This document shows, one piece after another, positions 29,510-38,841 of a stretch of 64,000 nt of DNA; within the stretch, counting starts at the first letter, position 1, and the number at the start of each line of letters is the position of its first letter. The position numbers were made by a program, and so were the translations under genes. The notes below the pieces were generated by a model. That model worked only from the letters and a program-made list of their open reading frames with translations. It was not told the DNA's origin and did not search any database. The stretch comes from a virus: IMG/VR virus record IMGVR_UViG_3300008119_000006, one strand, 5' to 3'.

Positions 29510-29943
29510 AAAACATTTTGATTGCATTATTATTGGTTACTTCAACAACAGTATTTGCACAGAAACAAAAAGAAGGCGTAACATATACTGCAACCATTAC
29601 CAGAGTTATTGATGGTGATACTGTGGCATTTCAAGCACTATGGTTACCAGATCCATTAAAGAAAGAATTATCAATTCGTGTATTTGGTGTGGACACTCCA
29701 GAAAAAGGCCATCGTGCGCAATGTCCCTCTGAAAATGAAAGAGGTCAAGCGGCCACGGCATTTACCAAAAGCACTATCAATGCAGCCAAAACTCGCCAAG
29801 TGGTATTAATGGATTGGGACAAGTATGGTGGTCGTGTCCTAGGTGATGTATTGTTAGATGGTAAATCGTTGCGTTCCATGTTGATCCAACAAGGATATGC
29901 ACGGGAATACTATGGTGGAGCTAAGGTCGGTTGGTGCCAATAA
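29506..29943 (+). CDS. thermonuclease (SNase family) with signal peptide
   Basis: RVIDGDT, RVFGVDTPE, DKYGGRVLG. Confidence 0.88.
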   Translation: MKNILIALLLVTSTTVFAQKQKEGVTYTATITRVIDGDTVAFQALWLPDPLKKELSIRVFGVDTPEKGHRAQCPSENERGQAATAFTKSTINAAKTRQVVLMDWDKYGGRVLGDVLLDGKSLRSMLIQQGYAREYYGGAKVGWCQ

Positions 29944-29966
29944 AACGGTAATAATGCCAACGATGG

Positions 29967-29995
29967 TTGACATCTAAATAGTTTTATGTTACAAT
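29967..29995 (+). promoter_or_regulatory. sigma70-type promoter upstream of small ORF and tmRNA
   Basis: TTGACA-N17-TACAAT. Confidence 0.6.
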
Positions 29996-30164
29996 AGTTT
30001 CTTATTTCGTTAAAATAAGTGGTGGGTCGGAAAATGAAAGTTAAAGAGTTAATTAAAAATTTATATGAGGCTGAAATTAAGCATGATACGCCATTGATTA
30101 AAAAACTATGGTTTAAATTGTTAAAGAAAAGCCTTAAGCATAAACATACCGAAGCGGTAAAGTA

Positions 30165-30455
30165 ATTCGTAGAAGTTGTTTGAACGTTGTTGTGGACGTG
30201 GGTGCGATTCCCACCACCTCCACCAAAAGTATATTGACGAACCGAGTTATCGGTAGCAAACACACAATATAGTTGTGGCAATATACTTCTGATGGGGGTG
30301 CCTAGATTCGACATGGCAATAATTAGAACAATGGAGAATCGGCAGAGAAGCCGTAAAAACTATTTAAATTAAACGCAAACGATAATAAGTATGCACTTGC
30401 TGCCTGATAGGTAAGCGGAGTTTCGCCAGGTGAACTTAGCAACAGAATCACCTGG
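30165..30455 (+). ncRNA. ssrA: circularly permuted (two-piece) tmRNA
   Basis: T-arm GTGGG-TGCGATT-CCCAC and CACCTCC-A-CCA (ends 30225) precede the 5' strand GGGGGTG (30294-30300), giving G3-U70; tag ORF GCA...GCC TGA (30375-30407) reads ANDNKYALAA; outer ends approximate. Confidence 0.9.
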
Positions 30456-30522
30456 ATAAATAAAACACCAGCAACACACAAACCGCTGGTAATACACATA
30501 AACACACACAAGGAGTAACAAT

Positions 30523-30795
30523 ATGACACCCTATGAAATTCGCCTAGAATTATTAAAGATGGCGCAAGGTTTAGTATCTGATGAGTATTCATACAACAGA
30601 AGCGCTAAACTAGAACAATGGCACACACAGGTCGAGGCAGCAAAGATTGCCGGTTTAGAGTCACCTGATATCCCCGAGTTGCCACCATTCCCCACAGAAA
30701 CAGACATAGTTAAGAAGGCGGAAGCCCTCAATCTATTCGTTTCTCAAACCCCTCCACAACCTGAAGTTAAAATAAAATCGAAATCAAATTCGTAA
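30523..30795 (+). CDS. conserved T4-like hypothetical protein
   Basis: 'MTPYEIRLELLKMA...FP....I..KA..L..FV'; AAGGAG RBS; GATAAATA at 30455. Confidence 0.75.
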   Translation: MTPYEIRLELLKMAQGLVSDEYSYNRSAKLEQWHTQVEAAKIAGLESPDIPELPPFPTETDIVKKAEALNLFVSQTPPQPEVKIKSKSNS

Positions 30796-30845
30796 TTGGA
30801 GATGTTCGACCTGGTTCGCCAGGTCGGCCTTAACAAGGAGATATA

Positions 30846-31352
30846 ATGTTTCATCACATTAAACAAGTGCTGGTCGGAATTTTGGCCGCCTCACTACTAA
30901 TTTCAATACCTTCTATTTCACAAGAAATTAAGGATAATAATATCAAACAAGAAGTCAATGAGGACTTCAACAAACAATTAGACTGCTTAGCTAAAAATAT
31001 TTACTTTGAGGCAGCCGGAGAATCTTACGAAGGCAAACTGGCAGTAGCACAAGTTACCATCAATCGTGTTAATGATTCTAGATTTCCATCTACCATTTGT
31101 GGTGTGGTATATCAAAGAACATTAGGTACCTGCCAATTTAGTTGGACTTGTTTAAAGAATTTGGCAGTAAGAAACAAATACGCTTGGGAAGAATCGGAAA
31201 TAGTAGCACGCAAAGCATTGACAGAACCAATATTACATGATAAAATAGCAAGCACAAATGCACAATTCTATCATGCAGTATATGTAAATCCTGGTTGGAA
31301 AAACCGAGTAGTGGCCAAGATAGGTAACCATGTATTCTATGCAAGAAACTAA
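30846..31352 (+). CDS. SleB-like cell wall hydrolase (Hydrolase_2)
   Basis: CLAKNIYFEA.GE...AVAQVTINRV...FP.TICGVV.Q...QFSW...IGNHVFY. Confidence 0.9.
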   Translation: MFHHIKQVLVGILAASLLISIPSISQEIKDNNIKQEVNEDFNKQLDCLAKNIYFEAAGESYEGKLAVAQVTINRVNDSRFPSTICGVVYQRTLGTCQFSWTCLKNLAVRNKYAWEESEIVARKALTEPILHDKIASTNAQFYHAVYVNPGWKNRVVAKIGNHVFYARN

Positions 31353-31371
31353 TAATTGAAAGTATAACATA

Positions 31372-31593
31372 ATGCCTACTAAAGATGAAATAAAACATTT
31401 TAGTGATTTGATTGAACAGGTTGCTAAGACAGAAAAATTGACCTTGATGGATGCAATATGCCATCATTGTAAAGAAAGTGGTTTAGAAATCGAGGTGTCT
31501 GCCACATTAATCTCTGCCGCATTAAAGGCTAAGATTAAATTGGAAGCACAAGACTTAAATCTACTAAAGAAAACTTCTAAGCTACCAATATGA
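31372..31593 (+). CDS. gp33: late transcription coactivator gp33
   Basis: 'MDAICHHC...IE....LIS..LK.KI..EA..LN.L'; synteny with gp59 and gp32. Confidence 0.85.
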   Translation: MPTKDEIKHFSDLIEQVAKTEKLTLMDAICHHCKESGLEIEVSATLISAALKAKIKLEAQDLNLLKKTSKLPI

Positions 31594-32210
31594 CCGAGAA
31601 TACCGGTTTTGAAGCATACGCATTATGGAATGCCTTGAAGCTTCATTTTACTTCCGATTCATACAACTACTTTAAATACAGCGGCAAGACCAATGTATCA
31701 AAGCAGTCGTTTACCACAAATAAATCCAAATACCAATTCTACAAGTTATCTCGCAAGTATGATTTGGAAGAATTGAAATCATTCTATGTGGCAAACTTCA
31801 TAGAAGGTAAAGGTGATTGGGTTGGTGAATTACTACAAGATGGTGATGAGAACTATGCCAAGTGGCAAAAACGGCAACAAAGCTTGACTTATACCTTTGA
31901 GAATGATATAATGTATTTGTTTGATTTGGTGGATGGTGCTGAATTTGTTAACCGTGATGATATACTAAAGCCCATCGATGGCGGATGGCCAATGATTATC
32001 ACAAAATTGATGAAGAATCAGGTATCGTTGGAATCAGTTTGTATATTGGTTGATTTGGTGGGTTGTATGCCAAGATGGGAAAAACAAATCACCGAAGATA
32101 TTATTTGGCCAACACACAAACGATTAATACAAAGATATACACCATTTATACAATACGATAAAGAAAAGTTTTTACATATTTTAAAGAAAAAGATACATGA
32201 ACAGGCCTAA
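31590..32210 (+). CDS. gp59: helicase loader gp59
   Basis: 'ALKLHFT...YNYFKY.GK...F.KLSRKY...ANF'; synteny. Confidence 0.88.
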   Translation: MTENTGFEAYALWNALKLHFTSDSYNYFKYSGKTNVSKQSFTTNKSKYQFYKLSRKYDLEELKSFYVANFIEGKGDWVGELLQDGDENYAKWQKRQQSLTYTFENDIMYLFDLVDGAEFVNRDDILKPIDGGWPMIITKLMKNQVSLESVCILVDLVGCMPRWEKQITEDIIWPTHKRLIQRYTPFIQYDKEKFLHILKKKIHEQA

Positions 32211-32688
32211 CATTAAATGTGTTTATTTGGACATGGATGGAGTTATTGCTGATTTTGATAAGCGATATAGAGAACTCTATAACATGGCACCAAAAGATGC
32301 AGAGAAACACAAACAATTTGATAAGTTTTTTAGTGAGTTTATTGCTACACAACAGTTTGCTAGCCTAGATTTAATGCCAGGCGCAGCAGAAGGTTTGGAA
32401 TATTTGAGAAAATCCAATGTACTTACTCAGATGCTTACCTCATCGTCAAGCGAAAAACGCCATGATGATGTTTCTAAACAAAAAATGTTGTGGTTGGAAA
32501 AACACGGCATTACGTTTTACCCTATTATAGTACCAGGTAAAAGGTTGAAACAGAACTATGCAGAACCAGATTGCATTCTTATTGATGATACTGAAATAAA
32601 CATCACTCAATGGACAGCAAAAGGTGGTATTGGTATTCTACATAAAGACTGGCACAGTACTATGGCAATATTGCATATGTACATTTGA
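32197..32688 (+). CDS. HAD-family 5'(3')-deoxyribonucleotidase-like protein
   Basis: DMDGVIADF, K..W, ILIDD...W..KGGIGILH. Confidence 0.85.
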   Translation: MNRPNIKCVYLDMDGVIADFDKRYRELYNMAPKDAEKHKQFDKFFSEFIATQQFASLDLMPGAAEGLEYLRKSNVLTQMLTSSSSEKRHDDVSKQKMLWLEKHGITFYPIIVPGKRLKQNYAEPDCILIDDTEINITQWTAKGGIGILHKDWHSTMAILHMYI

Positions 32689-32781
32689 CAAACGCCTAAA
32701 TACTATGATATACTAGCAGTTGATTATGAGAAGTAATTTGATATATTCCGTTTATACTCCGTTAATACGAAAGGTAATACT

Positions 32782-33663
32782 ATGAGTTTCGCAAATCTAA
32801 AACGCCAATCCGGCAACCTCGACAAACTTGCTAAAGCAGTTGAGGCACTCTCCCAAACATCCGAAGGTTCTGAAAAGTCCGATAACTATTGGAAACCAGA
32901 AGTTGATAAAGCAGGTAATGGCATGGCCACTATCCGTTTCTTACCAGCATCTGAAGCCGATGGTGAAGATGGTCTGCCTTGGGTTAAAATCTTCTCCCAT
33001 GGTTTTCAAGGACCTGGTGGTTGGTTAATTGATAATTGTTTGACCACAAAGAATCAACAATGTCCAGTATGTGAACACAATTCTACATTATGGAATTCTG
33101 GCATTGAAGCGAATAAAGATGTTGTTCGCAAACAGAAACGTAAGTTAAATTATGTTGCCAATGTGTATATCGTTTCGGATCCTAAACATCCAGAAAATGA
33201 AGGCAAAGTGAAATTGTTCCGCTTTGGTAAGAAAATCTTTGATAAGATTACTGAAGCAATGAATCCACAGTTTGAAGATGAATCACCAATCAATCCATTT
33301 GATATGTGGAAAGGTGCTAACTTCAAGTTGAAGATTCGTAAGGTAGAAGGTTATCAGAACTATGATAAGTCAGAGTTTGATTCACCAACTGCTCTATTAG
33401 ATGATGATGCAGCATTAGAGAAAATCTGGAAGTCAGAGTTCTCTTTGAATGAATTGACTGCTGGTAAAGAGTTTAAATCTTATGATGAGTTGAAGCAACG
33501 CCTCGACAAAGTTCTTGGTTTGAATGGTGAAGTAGTTGCACCAAAGACAACCGTAGAAACTATTAAAGAGCAAGTTCGTACTGCTCCTAAGTCAGTTGAA
33601 CCAAAGATTCATGAAGATGATGATGATATGTCTTATTTTGCCAAGTTGGCAGAAGAAGATTAA
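32782..33663 (+). CDS. gp32: single-stranded DNA-binding protein gp32
   Basis: DKAGNG.A.IRFLP, HGFQG.GGW...C..T....CPVCE, GKKIFDKI, acidic C-terminal tail. Confidence 0.96.
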   Translation: MSFANLKRQSGNLDKLAKAVEALSQTSEGSEKSDNYWKPEVDKAGNGMATIRFLPASEADGEDGLPWVKIFSHGFQGPGGWLIDNCLTTKNQQCPVCEHNSTLWNSGIEANKDVVRKQKRKLNYVANVYIVSDPKHPENEGKVKLFRFGKKIFDKITEAMNPQFEDESPINPFDMWKGANFKLKIRKVEGYQNYDKSEFDSPTALLDDDAALEKIWKSEFSLNELTAGKEFKSYDELKQRLDKVLGLNGEVVAPKTTVETIKEQVRTAPKSVEPKIHEDDDDMSYFAKLAEED

Positions 33664-33682
33664 GTTTTCCCATGTGTGTACG

Positions 33683-33706
33683 AACCCCGCTACGGCGGGG
33701 TTTTTT
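33683..33706 (+). terminator. intrinsic terminator between convergent genes
   Basis: AACCCCGC-TACG-GCGGGGTT followed by a T-run. Confidence 0.85.
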
Positions 33707-33711
33707 ATTGG

Positions 33712-35154
33712 TTAAGTCGGTCTAAGATTTTGTTTAAGAATTTTTTGAAGTGTGGGGTCATCAGTACGAACATTTACCGTTGTATCAAGTAGTACGCCTC
33801 GGCCTCCAGCACCAACACTATTGACTTTCGTAGAAGCATCTACCACAACATTATGCATACCAGCAAACTCAGCATTTTCTAAATTAACATTTTCATCAAT
33901 CGCTGATTGTACTCTGCTGGTAATAGGATTGGCTTGTGGTGCCTCGGGTGTTGCGGTTGGAACTGACTGTGATTGACTAGATTCTGGCGAGGTAGACTTA
34001 GATATATCTCTACCCATGCTTACCGCACCAATAGCAGTAGATAATGCAGTGCCAACAAATGGTACTATTGCAGCTGCACCTTCAGCAAGTTCTAAACCAG
34101 CACCAACAACATCACCTTCTTTTAATCTATCATAAGCGAAGTATCCTGCGGCACCAAGGCCTAATCCAAAAGGAAGTTTTTTAAGTATGGACTTACCGGC
34201 GGACTTAGCAGCACCTTTAACACCTGCTTTCTCGGTTTTTTTCTCTATTTCTTTTTCGGTGGCCTTTTCAACTTTTTTACCGTATTCTTTATCTAAAGCT
34301 TTTTCTTGTTCTTTGGTAAATTTTTCTGTTCCTTTTTTAGGTTTTTGTACTTCTTTACCTTTTTGGCCAAGTTGACCTATTGCTTTTTCAGCCAGTTTTT
34401 TAAGACCTAACATTCCAGCAACAGTAGCTAAACCATTAGTAAGAAATTTGATAGCACCCCAAAGTGCTTCTGCAATAGAAGTTATAACTTTTTCAACCAT
34501 TGCGGCCACATTTTTAAATATATTACCAATAAAATCTAAAAGGTTAAATCCTTCTTTTTGTTCTTTTATTGGGGTTGCTGTACCACCTCGTTTAGATAAA
34601 GCATCCAATAGTTCTTTATGCCATTTTTCTTTTTCTCTATCTTTTTCTTTTTTAAAGTTTTTTTCAATTTTAAGTTTTTTGCTTTCAGCAATGTACTCAG
34701 CCTTCATTAGGTTGTATAACCTTGCCAACACATCAGCAACACCATCACCTTTTCTCAGTTTTTGTTTTTGGCCATCTGAAACATTGGTGTATAAAGCCGG
34801 TTCAATACTGCTTAGTTTACTACCACTAGTTCTTTCATTAATTTGATTCGCTCGGCCTTGTTTATTTTTCACACCTTTGTTGGCAAAATATTCAATATCT
34901 TCTCTTTTGCGGCCAGTTGCACTACCAACTATCGATGACATTGTATTACCCATTAACATTCTAACAATGTTTAAGTAATCAAATTTTTCTTTGAATCCCT
35001 TACTTCTGGCGGCCATTTTATCTGATATGGCACCAGTAATCGATTTCATTGCGCCAAATTCTCCACTACTAGCTTTCTCACGAATGAGTTCACCTAATGA
35101 TTTTTTGTTTACTCTAGAAGCTTGTTGATATGAATTAATGGCCATGTTATGCAC
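33712..35154 (-). CDS. tape-measure/baseplate hub-like protein (gp29-like), paralogue 2
   Basis: Helical, Lys/Ala/Gly-rich with 'KKLPFGLGLGAAGYFAYDR...GAGLE' segment; lies downstream of gp26/gp51. Confidence 0.55.
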   Translation of the reverse strand: MHNMAINSYQQASRVNKKSLGELIREKASSGEFGAMKSITGAISDKMAARSKGFKEKFDYLNIVRMLMGNTMSSIVGSATGRKREDIEYFANKGVKNKQGRANQINERTSGSKLSSIEPALYTNVSDGQKQKLRKGDGVADVLARLYNLMKAEYIAESKKLKIEKNFKKEKDREKEKWHKELLDALSKRGGTATPIKEQKEGFNLLDFIGNIFKNVAAMVEKVITSIAEALWGAIKFLTNGLATVAGMLGLKKLAEKAIGQLGQKGKEVQKPKKGTEKFTKEQEKALDKEYGKKVEKATEKEIEKKTEKAGVKGAAKSAGKSILKKLPFGLGLGAAGYFAYDRLKEGDVVGAGLELAEGAAAIVPFVGTALSTAIGAVSMGRDISKSTSPESSQSQSVPTATPEAPQANPITSRVQSAIDENVNLENAEFAGMHNVVVDASTKVNSVGAGGRGVLLDTTVNVRTDDPTLQKILKQNLRPT

Positions 35155-36607
35155 CCATAAAAAGTGGTAAATCTAAATCGCTGCCTGTATGTAATACTTG
35201 TGTGGAGGGTCCTGCACCCACATTGTTTATTGTTTGGCTAGTATTTAGAACAATGTTGTTTGGTTTGGATGTGCCTTTTAAATCTTTGTTTTGAACTGAT
35301 TGGTTGTTCAATACGGCACCACTTTGTGGAATTGGTGCTACTGTTGATATAGGTGAGTTGGAAAGAAATAAATCCGCTTCACGGGCTCGTCTGGCTTTTA
35401 ATACAGGATGAGGCCTGCCTTGTTCGGTAGCAATACCATTTCTAATAATTTCTGAAGCTTTATTTGTATCTCCCGAATCGATTGCGGTTTTCAAACCTTT
35501 TAAACCTTTTAAAGATCCTACATTATAGGCGTAACTAGTTAGTGCAGCTTTTTGATTATCATTAAGTTTACTCCAAGTAGAATCACCTAAATCTTTTTTT
35601 GCTTGTCCTTCATACTTTGGCATATCCATTTTTAATAATTTTTGTGCCTGCTCTTTAGTAATGATAGTGTCTATTCCTTTATTACCCAAAATTGGAATTT
35701 GTTCGTCACCCGCTTGTATAAAACCTTGTTTGTATTCATCATCTTTAATTTGGTGACCATAACCAATTGAAATTTTTCCACCATCAGGATAGGCTTTCTT
35801 AGCAAAACCTTCCTCTTTAATAATAAGAGCCATACTACCACCAGCAGCAACTGCACCACCTACTGCTAAACTACCAGCACTAAGTGGTCCAGATTTAGAT
35901 GCTGATGTGCTTGGTGTTTGAATTGTAGGTGTTTCTTTGGTACTTGTTGCTGGTTTAGTTTCTTCTTTTGGTATTTTATCTACTGTTTCTTTTTTAGGAG
36001 AAACCTTAGGTTCTTTTTTAATTTTAATTTTACCTAATTTTGTAGTTTGACTTTTTTTAATTTGTTCAATTAATTGTTTGTGGCGTCTTTCTTCTTCTTC
36101 ATGTAATTCTTGCTCAAAGTTTTTTTCTAATTCATAATTAAGTTTATTTTTTTCATTATGAGTTTTTACTAAATTAAACAGTTTACCTGCCACATCGGCT
36201 ACAGAGTTACCTTTACGGAGACCTTCTCTTTGGCCAGATGTTACTGTGGTATAAAATGATAAAGACATTGAAGATTTTTTATCGCCTAAGAAATACTTCA
36301 TAGTATCTTTATTGGCACCAAATGTTTTGCCAAGTAAAGATGCGCCTGTTTTACCAACAAGCGATTTAGCGATGTTTAATGGATTGAATTTTTCTTTGAT
36401 GCCAACTACTTTGGCTTTGAAATTTTCTGATATAGTTTGTTTAAGAGGTTTGCCCTCTATCGCACCATTTCTGATGTTGGCAAGAAAACCTCTTTCTCGT
36501 ATTTCTTTAAGGCGCTGACGGTCTGTACCAGTAAGTGGTCGCTTTTGTGCAATTAAAGCATCCACTTCTTGAAGTTCTTGTAATAGTTCTTCGCTACTCT
36601 TTTTCAT
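35147..36607 (-). CDS. tape-measure/hub-like protein with phage lysozyme (GH24-like) domain
   Basis: 'IIKEEGF...AYPD....SIGYGH', 'NQKAALTSYAYNVG', 'RRAREADLF'. Confidence 0.7.
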   Translation of the reverse strand: MKKSSEELLQELQEVDALIAQKRPLTGTDRQRLKEIRERGFLANIRNGAIEGKPLKQTISENFKAKVVGIKEKFNPLNIAKSLVGKTGASLLGKTFGANKDTMKYFLGDKKSSMSLSFYTTVTSGQREGLRKGNSVADVAGKLFNLVKTHNEKNKLNYELEKNFEQELHEEEERRHKQLIEQIKKSQTTKLGKIKIKKEPKVSPKKETVDKIPKEETKPATSTKETPTIQTPSTSASKSGPLSAGSLAVGGAVAAGGSMALIIKEEGFAKKAYPDGGKISIGYGHQIKDDEYKQGFIQAGDEQIPILGNKGIDTIITKEQAQKLLKMDMPKYEGQAKKDLGDSTWSKLNDNQKAALTSYAYNVGSLKGLKGLKTAIDSGDTNKASEIIRNGIATEQGRPHPVLKARRAREADLFLSNSPISTVAPIPQSGAVLNNQSVQNKDLKGTSKPNNIVLNTSQTINNVGAGPSTQVLHTGSDLDLPLFMGA

Positions 36608-36801
36608 TTACCTTTTTGTCTTTGCTTAATTTTTTCGTTTTCTTGTTCAATATATTGTATAAGCATAGTAACGTAAATATCTCTTTCCCACGGAATCATA
36701 TTTTCAAGTTCCGTAAGACTATATTTGTGGTGTTGCATCAAACTAAAATTAGTAGTGTAGTAATTCTTCAGATTGTCATAACGAAATGTTAGTCGAAAAA
36801 A
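36604..36801 (-). CDS. gp51: baseplate hub assembly protein gp51 (first in-frame ATG at 36738; probably reached by -1 frameshift from gp26)
   Basis: Translated by hand: YDNLKNYYTTNFSLMQHHKYSLTELENMIPWERDIYVTMLIQYIEQEN. Confidence 0.85.
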   Translation of the reverse strand, partial: FFRLTFRYDNLKNYYTTNFSLMQHHKYSLTELENMIPWERDIYVTMLIQYIEQENEKIKQRQKGK

Positions 36802-37529
36802 CTGTCTAAGCCTTCGACTTCAATGGAATGGTCATAACCACACTTGCCACACTTCATTTCAATCTTTTTGTTTAACTTTGGCAAATTCTCAAAAAATTGT
36901 TCAATCTGTGCAAACTGTTCCTGATTCAATGATTCCAAAAAATCATTCAATTCTTTTTTGGTACTCTCTTTGGCATAATAGTATTGTTGGCCATCATAGA
37001 TATGTTCGATACTATTAATAATCATATCAAATGCCATATCAGTTACATTATTGGTTTTTGCAACCGATTCCAACACAGAGAACTCTGGATACTTTAATTT
37101 GATACTAATTGTGTTGGTTAAATTAATAATCTCTTTTGTGGCCCCCATCTCAACTTGAATATCCAAAAGATTAATTTTGGTTTTCATAGAATTACCACAT
37201 GGTGTTGGGTCTGTGCGATCCTCTAATTGAACCATGTTCTCACAACGATAGTTGCTTTCTACAATTTCACCAACAGAACGGGCTCTCAAATTTAAGAAAT
37301 AAAACTCAACATCAATAATTGGTAACGAATCAATATCAACATTTTCAGTCAAAGTACAATTGTGTAACACTTGACGAATATTTTTTTCAATAGTTTGTCT
37401 ATCGTCTGATTCCAAAGCCATCATTAAGTTACGTTGTTCTTTAACCAAAAACGGTCTAAATCGAATGTGTTTCTTGGATAATGGTAAATCTATTTCATAC
37501 ACTGGTGCATCAATTTTTGGTAAAGCCAT
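36789..37529 (-). CDS. gp26: baseplate hub subunit gp26
   Basis: MALPKI..P.Y...LP......FRPFLVKE, LRARSVGE, C..C...EGLDSFF. Confidence 0.92.
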   Translation of the reverse strand: MALPKIDAPVYEIDLPLSKKHIRFRPFLVKEQRNLMMALESDDRQTIEKNIRQVLHNCTLTENVDIDSLPIIDVEFYFLNLRARSVGEIVESNYRCENMVQLEDRTDPTPCGNSMKTKINLLDIQVEMGATKEIINLTNTISIKLKYPEFSVLESVAKTNNVTDMAFDMIINSIEHIYDGQQYYYAKESTKKELNDFLESLNQEQFAQIEQFFENLPKLNKKIEMKCGKCGYDHSIEVEGLDSFFD

Positions 37530-37553
37530 TTTATTTTCACTCCATATTAAAAA

Positions 37554-38237
37554 TTAATCAAAATCTCTGTTAGCTTGGCTGCCATTCAAACTATTTCTAT
37601 CTCTAAAAACATTTGTCAAATCAGCTCTATTTGGAATTTGTGTTGTAAAATCATTAACTCCGGCAGCAATTTCCGATGTAATAGATTGCAACAAACTGGA
37701 ACCCAATGCTTGAATTGAATTGTTTTGCCAGTATGTGTAAGCAAACACCACGGTTAATTTATGGTACGCATCTGATGACCAATCCAAATCTAATTGATTT
37801 ACTGAAATAGGAAATGCATCAATCAAATTAACAGAATATATTTTTTTATTCTGCTGGTCGTACTGATTAACTTGTAGTGTTGATATGTAATCTGATTTGT
37901 ATCTAAAGTCAAACTTGTAAGACGGATTGATATATTCCATCCAAGCATCAAAGAATAACTTTTCTTCCATACTTTCTGAAACAATGAATGTCATGGTGAT
38001 ATCATTGTATTGAGATTGATATGGATGTTTTTCGGTTGGATTGGTACCAAACTTTTGTTCCGTTGTGGCAAATGTTCTACTTGGTAATTCGGTAGATTCA
38101 CAGCGCAATGATAAAGTTCTGCCAGTATTTCGGTAAGGAAACAAAGTTAGTGGTACGGGAATGTTTACATCAAACCGATTGGGTTTGGCCAAATCTTTTA
38201 CAAAACTGGCACGAAAATCGTTTAAGCTACTAGGCAT
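37554..38237 (-). CDS. gp54: baseplate-tail tube initiator gp54-like
   Basis: AKPNRFDV, RCESTELP, FDAW...I, LIDAFP, tail-tube fold motifs. Confidence 0.75.
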   Translation of the reverse strand: MPSSLNDFRASFVKDLAKPNRFDVNIPVPLTLFPYRNTGRTLSLRCESTELPSRTFATTEQKFGTNPTEKHPYQSQYNDITMTFIVSESMEEKLFFDAWMEYINPSYKFDFRYKSDYISTLQVNQYDQQNKKIYSVNLIDAFPISVNQLDLDWSSDAYHKLTVVFAYTYWQNNSIQALGSSLLQSITSEIAAGVNDFTTQIPNRADLTNVFRDRNSLNGSQANRDFD

Positions 38238-38833
38238 TAACTTTTCCTTATTTCATTTACTGATTCTTGCCATACTTTCTGTGGTTTAGCACCTTTAAAC
38301 AGTTGAGTAGGTAAGAAAATTGCCACTTCCCACTCTTGTGGTTCAATGGTAAGTATTTTTGACCTTATTTGGCTAAATAAGTATCTTTTAATACACGGCC
38401 TAAACTCTCTAAACCGTCTGGAGGCCGTCAATATATCATAGGTGATGCGTAACCTTGCTGGATTATCTTCATCGTCTAGGATGGCGTAATTTAACAGTTT
38501 GTCTAAAAATGCCACTCTGTACTTAATTGGTAAATAATGTAGGTTTAATCCTAAAAATCCATCATCATATTTTTCCAATATTAATACCAAAGGAAAACGG
38601 TCATAATAAGGCATATCTGCCTTACCTTTTGGATCGTAAAAAAATTGGTATAATCTACCTTTAAATAATCTTCTAGTTTGTCTAAACCTTTCATTAGCAA
38701 TAGTTCTTGGAATTAATGAAGGATTTCGTAATTCATTAATTTTTTTCAAGAGCCATTGATATGATTCTCTGGACATCTTTTGCATTTGAGCTGCAGATAG
38801 TTGTTGTGTGAGCAGTGTAAGTTTAGAGGCCAT
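38237..38833 (-). CDS. gp2: DNA end protector gp2
   Basis: YDPK.K..MPYYDRFPL...GLNLHYLP...R, PCIKRYL. Confidence 0.92.
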   Translation of the reverse strand: MASKLTLLTQQLSAAQMQKMSRESYQWLLKKINELRNPSLIPRTIANERFRQTRRLFKGRLYQFFYDPKGKADMPYYDRFPLVLILEKYDDGFLGLNLHYLPIKYRVAFLDKLLNYAILDDEDNPARLRITYDILTASRRFREFRPCIKRYLFSQIRSKILTIEPQEWEVAIFLPTQLFKGAKPQKVWQESVNEIRKS

Positions 38834-38841
38834 AACGTTAT

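Noticed and set aside
29910-30592. Minus-strand ORFs 29910-30314 and 30323-30592
   Set aside because: Antisense shadows of the tmRNA and neighbouring genes.
36535-36792. Plus-strand 85-aa ORF
   Set aside because: Antisense to the recognisable gp51 on the minus strand.
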